From assembly GCF_009914755.1 (NCBI RefSeq), contig NC_060938.1: a stretch of 64,000 nucleotides of DNA; one strand, written 5' to 3'. Shown one piece after another: positions 39,183 to 54,200 of this stretch (position 1 is its first letter; each line of letters opens with the position of its first letter). The stretch is from the human T2T-CHM13v2.0 reference genome, Homo sapiens. The translations under genes and the position numbers were made by a program. The notes below the pieces were generated by a model, which was given only the letters and a program-made list of their open reading frames with translations, was not told the DNA's origin and did no database searches.

Positions 39183-39470
39183 GGCCAGGTGCTTTGGCTC
39201 ACCCCTGTAATCACAGCACTTTGGGAGGCCAAGGCAGGCAGACCACTTGAGCACAGGAGTTCAAGACCAGCCTGGGCTACATGATGAAACCCCATCTCTA
39301 CAAAAGACACAAAAATTAGCTGGGTGTGGTGTGCACCTGTAATCTCAGCTACTCAGGGGGCTGAGGTAGGAGCATCAGTTGACCCCAGGGGGTGAAGGCT
39401 GCAGTGAGCTGAGATTGTGCCACTGCATGGGTGACACAGTGAGACCCTGTCTCAAAAAAAATTAAAAAAA
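39183..39470 (+). mobile_element. AluJ (Jb-like)
   Basis: Diverged dimer with gagaccctgtctc end; TSD approximately tctcaccaa(g/a)ga. Confidence 0.9.
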
Positions 39471-40726
39471 TCTCACCAAAGATGAGAATACCAAGCAACA
39501 ATGCTCAGTCAAAGAAAGTTTACCTGTTAGTCTTTTTTATGTTTAAATTTTGGCATAAATCTGGAAGCCATAATCAATTGCTGGTAAATTCTGACTCAAA
39601 CTGTACTGACTCCCTGCACTCAGCTAAGACAGAAAACTATCTTGCCACAGTTTATATAAAATAGTAGATACCTCTATTCCATAGAAATAAAACTCTCTTT
39701 AGATACAGTCCCCACCTGATGATATCAGATATATGCCAAGAACCAGTCAGCTACTTCTTTCTTCTGGAAAAAAAAAAGAAAGAAAAAAAATTTTTTTTTC
39801 TTTCAGTCTTTGTTGGGCAGATGGGGGTGGGAGGAGAATGAAAAACCAAAGTCCCGGTTCACATCTGGAAGCCAGGCCGCTGAACCAGTTCAGCTCAGAT
39901 AACTTGTCAACTGGTCACAGTCTATGAGATCAGAAACAATACTTTTCAACTAAAACATTTTTCTCAGGGTAAATTTTCATGACAGTCCACAGATATTGGA
40001 GTCAGGTTTGCAGTTGTGGTTAGAAAGAGGAGTAGGAAAGCCGCCTGTCTCTGCTTCTTAGGGTTGTGTGCTAGCAAGTGTCTGGCATTTGGTCTCCGTA
40101 CACTGATCAATATTAGTGACACCCAGCAGCCTCCTCTTCAGGGAAGAGGTAAGTATTGGGAGGCTCTTGCTCTTTGCAATAGTCTGATAAAAAGCACTGG
40201 CTCCCTGCCCCACACCCAGTAATCACAACCTTTCTCCCTGTGCCTCCCAAAAGCAAAGACAGTTCTCAGAACATAGAATGTCCCATTTCAATGAAGCTGT
40301 GTAAGAGACTGGGTCTCATTCTGTGCATCCACAATGACCTGGAAACTCAGCATGAAGACACTCACAGGGGTAAAGGAAAATACCTCCCCTCCACTCCCCA
40401 TAAAACTGCTTATAAAGAAAACAGAAGTAATTATGGAAAAAAAATGCTTAAAAACCTAGAGGGCTCTATTAAAATGAGCCTCACATGGATTCTAGTTTAA
40501 GTTTCCAAGATTCGGGCAAGAAATATTCATGTTTAAAATCTTTCTTACCCAAGATACTTGGTATAGCCAGTATAATTGTCCAGAAACCTAAACAACCTCA
40601 TCTAGGGAACTAGTGGCTTCTTTTTACTTTTAATTTACTGCAAAAACTGCATTAAAATAGCAACAAAGGAAATTAGAAAAGAGAAGTTTTCCCCATTCCC
40701 ACCATGAACCATGAACTTGCTTTTAA

Positions 40727-41049
<323 letters not shown>

Positions 41050-41374
41050 AAGGTGATTTTTACAGAGTAAATAAGTGTCTCCCTAGTCTCATTGTAAAAA
41101 AATATTTGCCAAGTAACTTTGAATATATCAAAATCCCATAGTGATCAATCTAGCCACACTCTGAGCCACATCTTCCAGTTAGATCTAAATTAAGCCAATC
41201 TTTTTTTTTTTTTTTCTTTGCCTAAAGATTCCTATTTGTGTGAAAGCAAGCCACTCCCAGGCAGATGTGAATAGCACCCAAATACCCAATATGACAGAGC
41301 TGGACCATTAACTGCCCATGTAAATCATGCACCATGCCATGCACTATGCCAAGTATCTCCCAATATATGCACCA

Positions 41375-41735
41375 GCTATATTTGCCCCTCCAGATCCGCT
41401 CTTCACCTTTCTCCTCCCTGTTTCATACCCAGGAAGGCTGTCCTGCATGAACTGAGACTTGGGCCCCTTTACCCGCTGGCTGCCAGCTGAGTTCAGCCAA
41501 CGGGAGGCATCAGCAGGAGACCAGAGGGCAAGAGGAGAATGAGATCAAGATATTTATTCCCGTAGCTTCTTTCCTCCTGGGTCTCAATGGAGTGGATATA
41601 TTCTTCTGAAGGCCACAGATCCTCAACTCCAACTACAGCTATAGCTCTCAGGGCTCAGTAGCTGCTCACTCCTACAGGCTTTCCACAGTTGCTGCTTCCC
41701 GTAACCATACCCACGCCTTTGTGATTAAGCCCTTC
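41375..41735 (+). mobile_element. LTR33-like ERVL LTR
   Basis: tatttgcccctccagatccgctc...ttcagccaacgggaggcatcagcaggagaccagagggc...tatttattccc. Confidence 0.75.
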
Positions 41736-42112
41736 CCCTGCTCACCCTCGTGAGCGCACTGTCGAGGCAGAACCACACTCCATGCCAGCTACAAGGTGTT
41801 GATTCTTAGATGGCCCAATACTTGACATTATCCCAGATCTGCTCTCCTTCAGTCAGGGGAATAAACCAAGAGTGGACATCTAGAAATCACTTCAACTCAG
41901 CTCCCCTAGCATGAAGGCAAAGTACTCTTCTTACCCTGCAAGGTCTTCAGGAAGTGCATGAAACTTGTTCTCTATGGTTTATCTTCTGACTGCTCTATTT
42001 ACCTGATGCAGAATGAATCATTTCTTCACACCTAAGGATTTTTTTAAGTATCTATTCAGGCTGTTGCCAGAAATGTTGTCCAGTAAATAATCTTTTAAAA
42101 AATACTTTCTCT

Positions 42113-42449
<337 letters not shown>

Positions 42450-42480
42450 TTAAGAAGTCAAGAAATGATTCCTCCAGTAG

Positions 42481-42810
<330 letters not shown>

Positions 42811-44329
42811 TAACTTCTTATATCATTAGTCCAGGATAGTGGGGTGGAGGGGAGACAGCACGTGATGGAAACAGGCGAATTTGAGGAATTAGACAAGGAG
42901 AGGGGAAGAGCCACAGAAAATGTAGGCTGGTGGTAAGCGGCTAACAATACGTGCTGAGAAAAACGCTTCGGCACTCAGGTAGTTCTATTCCTAGAGATGT
43001 CAAATGAAATAACTCTAAGCAAGCCACTTAGCATTCCTTTAAGTCAGTAAGATTCTTTTTGGTTCATTCATCTGTAAAACGAGAACAAATTCCACTTATC
43101 TGGGATGACGATCAACATCAGAAGATTACACATGTATGGATATCCCTGGAACCACAGCCAGGAAGTCCGACAGGAGGATCTAGCAGTGGAATCTCAACAA
43201 CCTAATATCTAGCTTCAAATGAAAATATGCCCCTTGTTAGGTAGTATTCCAAATAAATCATTTACAGAGGGAGTATGTTCAGAGCTCCTATTTCTAATAA
43301 CGTGGGTGGGTTTGTAATGAACAAGATTCCCACCTCTTGCTGTCTGCTTTACTTTCTAAGACAGCCCCTGGGCCTGCACACAATTCCCCCCTCCCTGCCT
43401 TTGTTATTTTATCCAGCAATAAAGCCCCGCACCCAGGGCCACACATGGGGCTGAGATGAACATCACAGGCCCAAGCTTTGTGGAAAATGGTCTTTCAGCA
43501 GCAGCATCTGGCTTCTTGGCATGCTCCCCCAGCTGTTGCGCTGACAGCTCTGAAGTTGCTTTTTACTCTGTCATATGGTTCGGCTGCTAATGGGCTGTCT
43601 CTTCTTGCTTGTCCTCCTCTGGGTCATTTTTCTTTTCAAACTCACATTGAATTCCAAGAAAATTGCACACCATGACTCCCCTGCAGGGAAGGCCCCATCC
43701 CTAGTTGTCATGGCATTCAGAGAGAGCTGGGCATCCCACATGGGGTAAGCAGTCCCAATGCTCAAAGGGGAAACAACTAATTATACTGTCTGCTACATTC
43801 ATTCAAGGAGAAGTCAGCTTATGAACTGGCGATTGGGTAACCTGACAGGCACAGGTGGCAGACTAATGTAAAGCGTTATTTGTCTTGGTGTTTACACAGG
43901 ACCCATCACCATAGTACCCAGGGCTTACACAGGCACATAATTTTGACACAAAAGGCCACAACTAACTTCTCACAATTGGCAATGCTATTGGATTCCAAGT
44001 ATTTTCTTCTCTCAGTGTCAGTCTGAATACCCAAATGTGAAATATAGCACGTGTGAGTGGTTTCTGGGGCTCCTAGCTCTCACATCCACAGTCTGTGGAG
44101 TCTCTGCATGTGAAATAACTGACCAGACAAGGGCGAGATGTCCAAACAGGAGCCTGGTTTCCTAAAACTCTGAGTGGTGAAGAAACCAGCATGCAGTTGG
44201 CTTCCAATCTGACCCTTCTGGAGATACTCAGGGTCCAAATGAGCCCACAATGACCTATAAAAAGAAAAGAAAAATCATGGAACCAACCCAAATGCCCATC
44301 AATCAATGAGTGGATAAAGAAACTCTGGT

Positions 44330-44340
44330 GTACATATATA

Positions 44341-44381
<41 letters not shown>

Positions 44382-44648
44382 ATATATATATATGTGTATG
44401 TATATATATATATGTGTATATATATATATGTGTGTGTATATATATATATGTGTGTATATATATATATGAAGAAATATATGAAGAAATATATATATGAAGA
44501 AATATATATATATGAAGAAATATATATATGAAGAAATATATATATGAAGAAATATGTATATATGAAGAAATATGTGTATATATATAGAAATATGTATATA
44601 TATACACATATATATACATAAACTCTGGTATATATATGTGTGTGTGTG

Positions 44649-44692
<44 letters not shown>
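44330..44692. repeat. Complex (TA)n/(TG)n/(TATATGAAGAAA)n microsatellite
   Basis: Seen directly; about 360 bp. Confidence 0.97.
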
Positions 44693-44924
44693 ATGGAATA
44701 CTACTCAGCCATAAAAAGGGATGAATTAACAGCATTTGCAATGACCTGGATGAGATTAGAGACTATTATTCTAAGTAAAGTCACTCAAGAATGGAAAACC
44801 AAACATTGTATGTTCTCACTGATACGTGGGAGCTAAGCCATGAGGACACAAAGGCATAAGAATGATACAATGGACTTTGGGGACTTGGGGGGAAGAGTGG
44901 GAGGGGGCGAGGGATAAAAGACTA

Positions 44925-45308
<384 letters not shown>

Positions 45309-45413
45309 TCATGTAACTAAATACCACCTGTGCCCCAATAACTTATGGAAAAATAAAATTTAAAAAGAAAAGAAATCAGCCAAATGTGCACCTGAATTTC
45401 ATGGGCCCACAGT

Positions 45414-45527
45414 CAGGGCTGCTACATACAGTTAAGCAGGCTGAGCACTGCTCAGCTCCAGACAGCACTGTATGCAGAGGCTACGACGCGAAGAGTGCCC
45501 CCAATTTTGTGCAACACAGTGGCCCTG
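45414..45527. mobile_element. MER91-like (hAT-Tip100) DNA transposon
   Basis: Terminal inverted repeats cagggctgc...gtggccctg; tacagttaagcaggctgagcactgc body. Confidence 0.7.
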
Positions 45528-45944
45528 CTCTTGGTAAAAAGATAACTAAGGAATGTGGGCAAGGACAAATAATCACAAATTTAAATCCCCCAAATGTAAA
45601 CAACAGAAAGCTGTAAGGTTATTTTTATAATATAAAATTCAAATCCCTGAAATAAGTGTAAATGAGTTTCTGGAGTGACGAAAGAGAGTTGATGTAATCC
45701 TAAAAGGTGGGACCATTTCTGGTAAAGTAAAGCAGAATAAAAAGACAATGGTTTTCTGAGGAAGAAAGAGAAGACAATGTGACATGATAGCAGCAATGCA
45801 GAGCCTAAAACAAAATCATAGTAATGAAGAAGTTGGAGATCTCTTCAGGAGGAATTCTAGGGGCATCTAGAGTATTTGATGAGGCTGCTGGAACCTAGCT
45901 TTATTTCCGCTCCTTCGTTGTTTCATCTATCACTGTCGTCCAAC

Positions 45945-46860
45945 TCCATTCATGCCTTCAATGAATACATGTTTGAATTCCCCAAGTGAGGGCCTATGGA
46001 GAACCTAAATATGAGTAAGACAAGATCCCTGTCTTCAGGAGGTCAAAGTCTAATGGGGCAGTTAAGGCAAGTATATATGAAGGTATGGGGCAGCACGGGA
46101 CCATTGCCTTACATGGTACAAAGTGCCACTGGCATCCTAAGGAAAGAGAGGTCGCTTCCAACAAGGGTAAGGAGGGAAGTCTTCAGAGAAGAAGTGGCGC
46201 TTGAAACTGATCTTAAAAAACTGTTAGGATGTCAGCCGGTGGAGGTGATGGAGAACACATTTCAAGCAATCAGTACCACATGAATAAAGGCACAGATGTC
46301 ACAAAGCACGTTCAAGGACAGTTTGCTTAGAATAAAAGAACACAAGGGGGGAACTTCATGCAATTTAACACTGGAAAGTTAGGCTGAAGAATACTGTTAA
46401 AGACCTTGGATGACAAACTAGAGAGTCCAAACATTCTGAGTCCATAGGAAGAAAGTCATTGTTATTATTCATATTATATTCAACTGAGCAGAGAATGAGG
46501 TAATCAGAGCTGAGCTTTAAAAGAGGCTTTATCTGGCAGCAGAGTCCTTATCCATCGGGGACAGTGGAGACTAGTAGCCATGGGACAAAATAGCAGGTGG
46601 GAGGCAGCATGGGGCTGAACTGCTGCCATGGCAGTGGGAATGGAAAGTTTGGGTTGGATGCCAACACAGCTAGGTAACCTTCTGGATGTGGCAAGCAAAA
46701 AGGAGAAGAGAAAAGAACAAGCTGAGGTCTTAAGTCTGACAGAAGAGAAATGTGGTTACTAACTGGAGTGAGCAGAAGAGACATGATTTTCACTTTCACA
46801 CATTAAATTTGAGATCTGGTGGACTATCCAGGTGGAGACACTCATCTGGAAGCTGGGATT
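45945..46860 (-). mobile_element. L2 LINE fragment(s)
   Basis: cattcatgccttcaatgaatac...agggaagtcttcagagaagaagtggcgcttgaa...ggactatccaggtggagac. Confidence 0.7.
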
Positions 46861-46909
46861 GTGCTGGAACTGGTATGAGAGGTTGGATTGGAGGAGATGG
46901 GTTTTGGGG

Positions 46910-47140
46910 TCCTGCAGTCCTAAGGTCAAGCCCTGGCTCTACCTCTAGCACATTCTATTTAAGTTATTTGGGGCAAGTTAGTAACCTTGTTAAGTCTCAG
47001 TTATCTCATCTACAAAATGGGGATAAGAAAAGTATTAATACCCCCAGCATTGTTGTGAATATTAAATGAAAGAATGGATGTCAGCACAGTGCCTAGAGCA
47101 CACTATGCCTTCAATAAACAATGCCTATTGTTATTTTTTC
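46910..47140 (+). mobile_element. MIR SINE
   Basis: gggcaagttagtaacctt...gtctcagttatctcatctacaaaatggggataa...tcaataaa. Confidence 0.85.
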
Positions 47141-48332
47141 TATCAGTCATTCCCTTCATTTCAGTGACTAATCAGTTCTTAATACTGTACCACAGCTGCC
47201 CTCCTGCCCTTGTGCCACTTGGGGTCTTTGTGGGGGCTGGGCATGTAGCCCTCCTGCCTTCCTCTGTCCTCTGAAATCTGGGCTACCCTGGGTCTTGTCT
47301 GATTCACCCAGCTCATGAGCCCCTAACTCTTCCCTCTGACATGGTCAAGGTTTGATAAATGCCATGTTCCTCAAATGTGCCTTCTGCCACAGATCCTAAC
47401 CCTGAATTCCCAATCCAGTGCTGCCCACATCCTGCTGTGAAGATCATTTTCTAATCTGAGGTCAAAATGAGGGGAAATGGGCCCATATCTCAGCCAAAAG
47501 GGTTTGACTTCAAGTCTTAGACAATGTATTTCTTCACTATAAAAGTTGTAAAACATTGGGATAAAGTTTCGGTTTTACTATCCCCACCTTCGTGCTCCCC
47601 ATAGCACTTTGTCCATCTCTTTATGACAGAATTTATCACATTATGTTAGAGTTGGTTGTTGATGTGACTGCCTCCCCTGCCGAGCCATGGGCTCCTCCGG
47701 GGCAGGGACCAAACCTTATTCATCTTTGTTTCCCGAGCCTGCCATAGGTGTTCAATAAATACTGAAAGAGAGTTAGCAACAGCTTACATCTGTGTAGTTC
47801 CTTATGTTTTGCAAAGGCCGCTGAGGGAGATGGTGGAATCTGGCTCTAGAATGCTAAGCTATAATTTTTCTCTTGTTCAACGCACCTTGAGTAAGTGTAG
47901 CCATCAAAATAGGAAGAAATAACAGGACCACATGCCAGTTTTAAAAAGCAGCAGTTCCCATACTTCTGGGTTTCAATAATCCGTTTTTTAAAATAAGCTT
48001 TAAAAGCTTATTTTGAGGGTAGCAACATGGCGTTCCCAACTACTTATTTTGCCAAATAGATACATTTAAAAAAAAAAATCAACTGCTTCTCTCTTCATTT
48101 CACAAAAGGAAGAAGATTTTAAGCCTCCACTCTCCAGAAAAGGATCGACGTAAACATAAACCCAGAATAAACCTTAGCTTTAGGAGAAGCTAGGGCACTG
48201 GTCTGTTTTTTCCTCATCTCACCAAGGACAGTGGCCTGGTCCTGGCGTCCTGGCCCATGCTGGGACATCCACAGGTCAAAGCAGTTTATCAGACTGAAGT
48301 ATTCCTGGGAATCCGAAATTGCTCTGTTACAG

Positions 48333-48795
48333 TTTTTTACTGTGGTAAAATATACAACATAAAATGTACTAGTCTAACCAATTCTAAATAAAATTTAGTG
48401 ACACTTAAGTACATTCAAATTGTTTTGCAACCATCATTACCACCTGTCTCCAGAACTTTCTCATCTACCCCAGATGAAACTCTATCCATAAACACCAACT
48501 CCCATACCCTATCCCTCAGCCCTGGGAAACTATCATCCTACTTTCTGTTTCCGTGATTTTGGCTACCCCTAGGTACCTTCTATAAGTAGAATCATACAAT
48601 ATTTGTCTTTTTGTGACTGGCTTATTTCGCTTAGCATGAAATTTTCAAAGATCATCTATGTTGTAACTTGTCAGGATTGCCTTCCTTTTTAAGACTAAAT
48701 TATATTCACGTGTGTGTGTGTGTGCACATGTATACACCACAGTTTGCTTATCCATCCATTGATGAACATGTGAGTTGTTTCCACCTGTTGGCTAC
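48333..48795 (-). mobile_element. L1MB-like 3' end
   Basis: tgtggtaaaatatacaacataaaatgtac...ctccagaactttctcatc...aatcatacaatatttgtctttttgtgactggcttatttc. Confidence 0.88.
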
Positions 48796-50496
48796 GGTGC
48801 TCCATTAGAACTTTTATTTTTTTCCCATGACAACCATCTCAGATGTGTAACATAAGCAGATTCTGAATCATCTTGCTAGTGTCTTACAACTGAGCCCAGG
48901 TCTGGAATCGCCATGCCTGGCATCTGCTTCTGCCTTCCCTTGGCACGTGCTCCACATGTGACAATCTCAAGGTACTTCACATTTAAACACACTGGTGGAG
49001 GAATAAAGTCATCGCAAGGCTCATAGTAACATAGGCATGCAGTGCTCAAAAGAACTTTTTGCTACAACAGTCTGTATTCTGCTTATAGTGTGAGCTAACG
49101 TGTTGGGTGGCCCCACCTTTGTACATCACTATCGGCAAAGTACAATAGGAAATAACCAACAAAAAAATTTCTAGACCCAATTCTAATAAGCATTGGATAA
49201 AATATTCATTTGATGCAGATTTCAATGCACTTCAATGCTAATCACACCTTCTAGTGCAGAAGACACCTTCCCATCATTAACTGATGCCTCATTCAGATTG
49301 ACATTGGAAAAACTGATTTCCAGCAAAACTTGGCTTTCATATGAAGCCTGAAATTTCTAAACTAGTAAACAAAGCCCTGAAGTTATTCATCTTTTTCTCA
49401 TAACTTACTTGCGTGTACAGAAATTTTCTGAACTAGCATCATTGAAGTTAAATCCTTTAATTTAATACAAATTAAACTTAGGGTTCAGCCTCAGATTTGT
49501 GCTTCTAGTCTTAGCCAGTGATTTGGGATTTAGCAAAATGATATCATCCACTCTATTTGATGAATATTATTATTTTGAATAGTACTGGTTTTGTAAGCAT
49601 AAGAAATGTATATCTAAACTTAATGTGCATATATAGTATAATAATAAAAAGGATGTTAGTCAATAGCAGAATGCACAAAGACAATGTTGTCCCTTTAAAA
49701 GACGTCCATGCATTTCTCAAGTTGGAGAGGCACTGGTCTCAAGCTCTATCCCTGGAATGCTTCCCCTCATGTAAGAAGCAGTGGGGCAGGTCAAACTAAT
49801 TAAGTGTTCCTAAAAGCAGAGCTCACCAAATACCGTAGCTGCAGAATAACAACACCAAGAGTCAGCCAGCAGCTTAGAGTGGTGCACCAAGGGGAATGAC
49901 CCCGGCAGACACCAAATTAAAAGCTCCTATTTCACGTCCTCTAAGTAGCTCTTTCCTTTCAAGCTGCGACCTCTACCGCAGCCATGGAGAATGACATCTT
50001 TTCCCTACTCCAGTGGGTAAGCACTCTGTCCTCCAGCTTCTGGGCCAAATTGCAACCAAACAATCTATCAGGCACTCCCATGGGATAGTCAGACATTTGC
50101 CCTTCGATCTATAACACAATTTGACCTTTTTTATGCGGAGGTAAACACCACGTGTCACCTCTGAAAACTCAGCCTTGGAATCAAGCACATCTGGAATCAG
50201 CCTATAAATGTAGTCCTGAGATTAATGTTGAACAAGAAGGAAGGCTAAGGGTATTCCGCTTCTGATTTCCACTTACTGACAATTCTCACTTAGCAGCAAT
50301 GTTCGCCTTCCACATGCGGACACCTGAACACTACCCCCCTGTCAAGAACACCACGCTTACACTGGCTGAAAACAAGCTTCAGAACACCTTGGAATACAGT
50401 TTAGCTTCCTTTGAATCCCCAGCATGTGCTTTTGCATATCTCTGTCCTCCAAGGGCAGAATCAGAAGTGATGAAGCAAGAGTTCAAAAATGTTCAG

Positions 50497-50655
50497 CTGC
50501 ATAGTATTCCCAACGAGGCTCACTCACACAGTTACCTGCACAGCATCCCCAAGGAGGCTCACTCACACGGTTACCTGCACAGCATCCCCAAGGAGGCTCA
50601 CTCTCACCGTTACCTGCACAGCATCCCCAGCGAGGCTCACTCTCACGGTTACCTG
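50497..50655. repeat. 39-bp minisatellite (VNTR candidate), 4 copies
   Basis: Unit ctgcacagcatccccaaggaggctcactcacacggttac starting at 50497, 50536, 50575 and 50614. Confidence 0.97.
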
Positions 50656-50993
50656 GGGTACATTTTTAAACTCTGTTTTCACTGCTTATCATTATGACCA
50701 CAAGTTCCAGTGTTTCAGGGTAGGAATTGGTACCATAAATTGAAATCTTAGAAACTCACAAATGCACAGAAAATGTTCAAAGTTGCCATCTTCTCCAGAA
50801 AGGTTATACTTCCAAGAAACCAAAAATAGAAAGAGAAGCATGAAAGTGTCTTGTCTTGAGCCTAATTGAAGTAAGTCTACATTTGGAGGAAAAGTAAGTA
50901 ACGCCATATAAAATCCTCATTGCACAAAAATGATCTCCCTGTTAATATATGGAAATGAGCCTCGCAGATCCAGAGTTCAAAACACAGATTGTC

Positions 50994-51290
<297 letters not shown>

Positions 51291-54200
51291 CACACACACA
51301 CATCATCTCTAACCCTAGTTATACAACTAACATGTTGCTCAATGGCACTGACTACAGAAGATGCCCTGTTGAGAAGGAGGAAGACTACTTCCCAGTAAGA
51401 TTGTTTCACATTAAATGTAACGTATTTCATGTCATATGTAAGCACAATTTGGGGGGGTTCCACATTTGCACAAACTGCATTATTTAAATAGTGCCTCTTA
51501 GCATCAGCTCATCAGCTCCTGCAGTGTGTGCCAGAATTTAGCAGCACAATGTGATTGTATCACAAACATCCTGGCCCTCCTCACTTTACCTCTGAAACCA
51601 CTTTTGGTGACTGACCTGCTTTCTTGGAGGCCTTATCAGCCTCTTCTCCCCTTCCGATTGTAGATCTGATCTCCTGCCTGACATTCCTGTGTTTAGACTG
51701 TCTGGCCAACGGCACTTCCCTTCGCTGTTTAACAAATAGGTTTCCGCAGCCTGTGGAATTTTTTGTTTGTTTGTTTGTTTTCCACACAAGGCTGAGTGTA
51801 CCACTTTCTGGGAAGTTTCTAGTTATTTCAGGGAATTCCTAGTTTTGTCAGGGAGTTAAGCTTCCCGTTTTTCTAGGTGAGTGTCCCAAAGTTAACATGT
51901 GAGATCAGCTGAATCACAAAAACAATTCTGGCCTTCAAGAAAATTTTGTTTGCCTTTATGTTTGATAAGAGTGAACAGGAAAGAAAATAAAATTCCTCCA
52001 AATCCATGCCATTTCTCATGTTCTTGCCCCAACTTCAATCCATCCAAAGTAATGCCAATTCATCACCATTAGGTGTTCCTAATGTACTCTTTTCACTAAA
52101 AAAGATTAGAACTTCACTCCTACTTTGGTACCTGTAACTAAGTATAACATAGTAATCCATCTTCCTATTGTAATGTTTTTCTATTTTATTCTTTTCCTTT
52201 GGGCTTTCCTCTTACACATAGAATTTAAACACACGAACACATATTCCCGTGCACCTCCGAAATCCAACTTCACTTTATCATCTTCTTCCAAGAAATGGAA
52301 CACTGTATCCCATAAACAGGACGGGTAAGGGCATATCAGAGCCAACCTTTTCTTTGGCTGCCTTTCAAAAAGTTGTTTAAAACAAGATATGCTCTTGAAC
52401 TGGAAAAAGGCATTACACAGGATAACCTTAGAAAGCAGCCACTTGCTTTGCCCAACTAATATCACCACACAACCCCATAACTTTGTGTGGAGTGTTGTCT
52501 TCAATTACAGGCCAGAAGCACACCAGCAAACGGCTAAATTAAGATGAAATTAATTTCAATGTGAGAAGACCATATTGAAATGTCATGCTGAATATGACTA
52601 TGGGGAAACACTTGACAAGCGTCTGATCATTATGAAAAGAATAATGCAAAACTCTTAATTCTATAAGATGCATGATTCCAGCTATTGTCAGTTATCTCAC
52701 CAACTGATTTCCAACAGCAGTATCTACCCTGGGCTTTGCTGGGTTTAATCAATGAATTTTCCAGAGTCACCCACACCATCCCTTCATTCCCCCAGAATAA
52801 TGACCATATTTTGTGAAATAAATATGGTCATTTCTTTCACAAATTTCAATTTTGATGCAATTGAAACATGTTTTTGTTTCTAGGCAGGGCTAACTAGAAC
52901 CTTAGCCACTAACACCGTAACACCAGATTTACCTAGCTAAACCAACCAAATCAGATGCCATCCCCTCAACAAGCAAATGCAACAGCCTTTATATTAACAA
53001 CCTGTTGAAACAGACATGTAAGCAAGCCCAGATGCAAGTCAATAAGCAAAAATATAGACCAGGACTCAATAGAGTTGGTCCACAGATACATAATATCTAA
53101 TAAAAAGTGACAGCACTTATTAGACAAAAAGAACACATACTTCATTTGCAGTTTACTCCTTCTGTGCTAAGAAAGCTTGTAAAGAATTTTGTGAGCTGAA
53201 GTATTTTAAGCTAACTGCAAGGCTGCCAAATGCAGTTTTTGCAGAATTCCTCTACTGAGAGTGTGGTGTCAATGTTACCGTGGAATCCAGAAGGATGGAT
53301 TCTGTTAACTACTCCTCCAGGTACTCCCACCATCATCAGATGTTAAGATAATGATCAGCACATCTTGTCCTCCAAAGCTTGAGCTCCACCGAAACCAGCA
53401 CGGAATTTCTATTTCAAGCATGTTCAAATAGAGTCACCAGAAGGGGTTCCCTCGTGGTGGGAAGTAACTGCGGTTTGAGTCTATAGTAAAACTTGACTTG
53501 GAAGCATCTCCTTGAGTAAAAGTGGCCCTTCCCGTTACTGTTGCTTCATGCCCTGTTACATCTTTCCTAATTCAGTCATCACCACGGACCCACCCTCCGA
53601 CCAAAACAAAACCTAGATGGCCTAGGTTCCCATCTGCAATGTGGAGCAATGGTGATCCCTCCCAACTTTCAGGAAGAGCAAAGAGCAGCAGGCTGCCTGT
53701 TCCATGACAGCAATTATTTCAATAATAAAGATCCCTATTTTACTTTTACGTGCTTAATCCATGAAACTCAAAATGCACAATGTGCTTGGGATAAATAAAT
53801 TCTTCCATCATCTTTCGGAGACATCGTATTATCAGTCCTTACAACTGTATGTTCGTATGGAAAAAAAGTGATTTACTTCACGACATAGAATGAATCCATG
53901 GGAAAAAAAATAATAATAACTTTAAATCCTTTTACCGTTCTCACCTGTCCTACTTTCAAAGTGTAGAGTTGAATTTAATGGGCAAGCATTTATTCCAATG
54001 TTAGCCTCTCCCTATGAGTTTTCTTTAAAAATACCTAACCTAATCAAGCTTTTATCACAATGAAAGAAATACTCAAAGCATGATTTATACACAGAATCAA
54101 ACCCTAACTCTAAAACTAAAAATTTGTCAAGTAGCTGAAAATTAAATTAAGAATTTTTATTTTTTAAAAAAGACCTGCAAAATTGGTTACCCTAACCTCC

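Noticed and set aside
44073-44836. 222-aa Tyr/Ile/His-rich ORF and overlapping ORFs
   Set aside because: Translation of the TA/TG microsatellite.
44879-44913. G-quadruplex motif
   Set aside because: A known generic feature of L1 3'UTRs, not specific to this locus.
50497-50655. Regularly spaced repeats resembling a CRISPR array (also 22383-22457)
   Set aside because: Head-to-tail tandem units with no unique spacers and no cas genes, in primate DNA.
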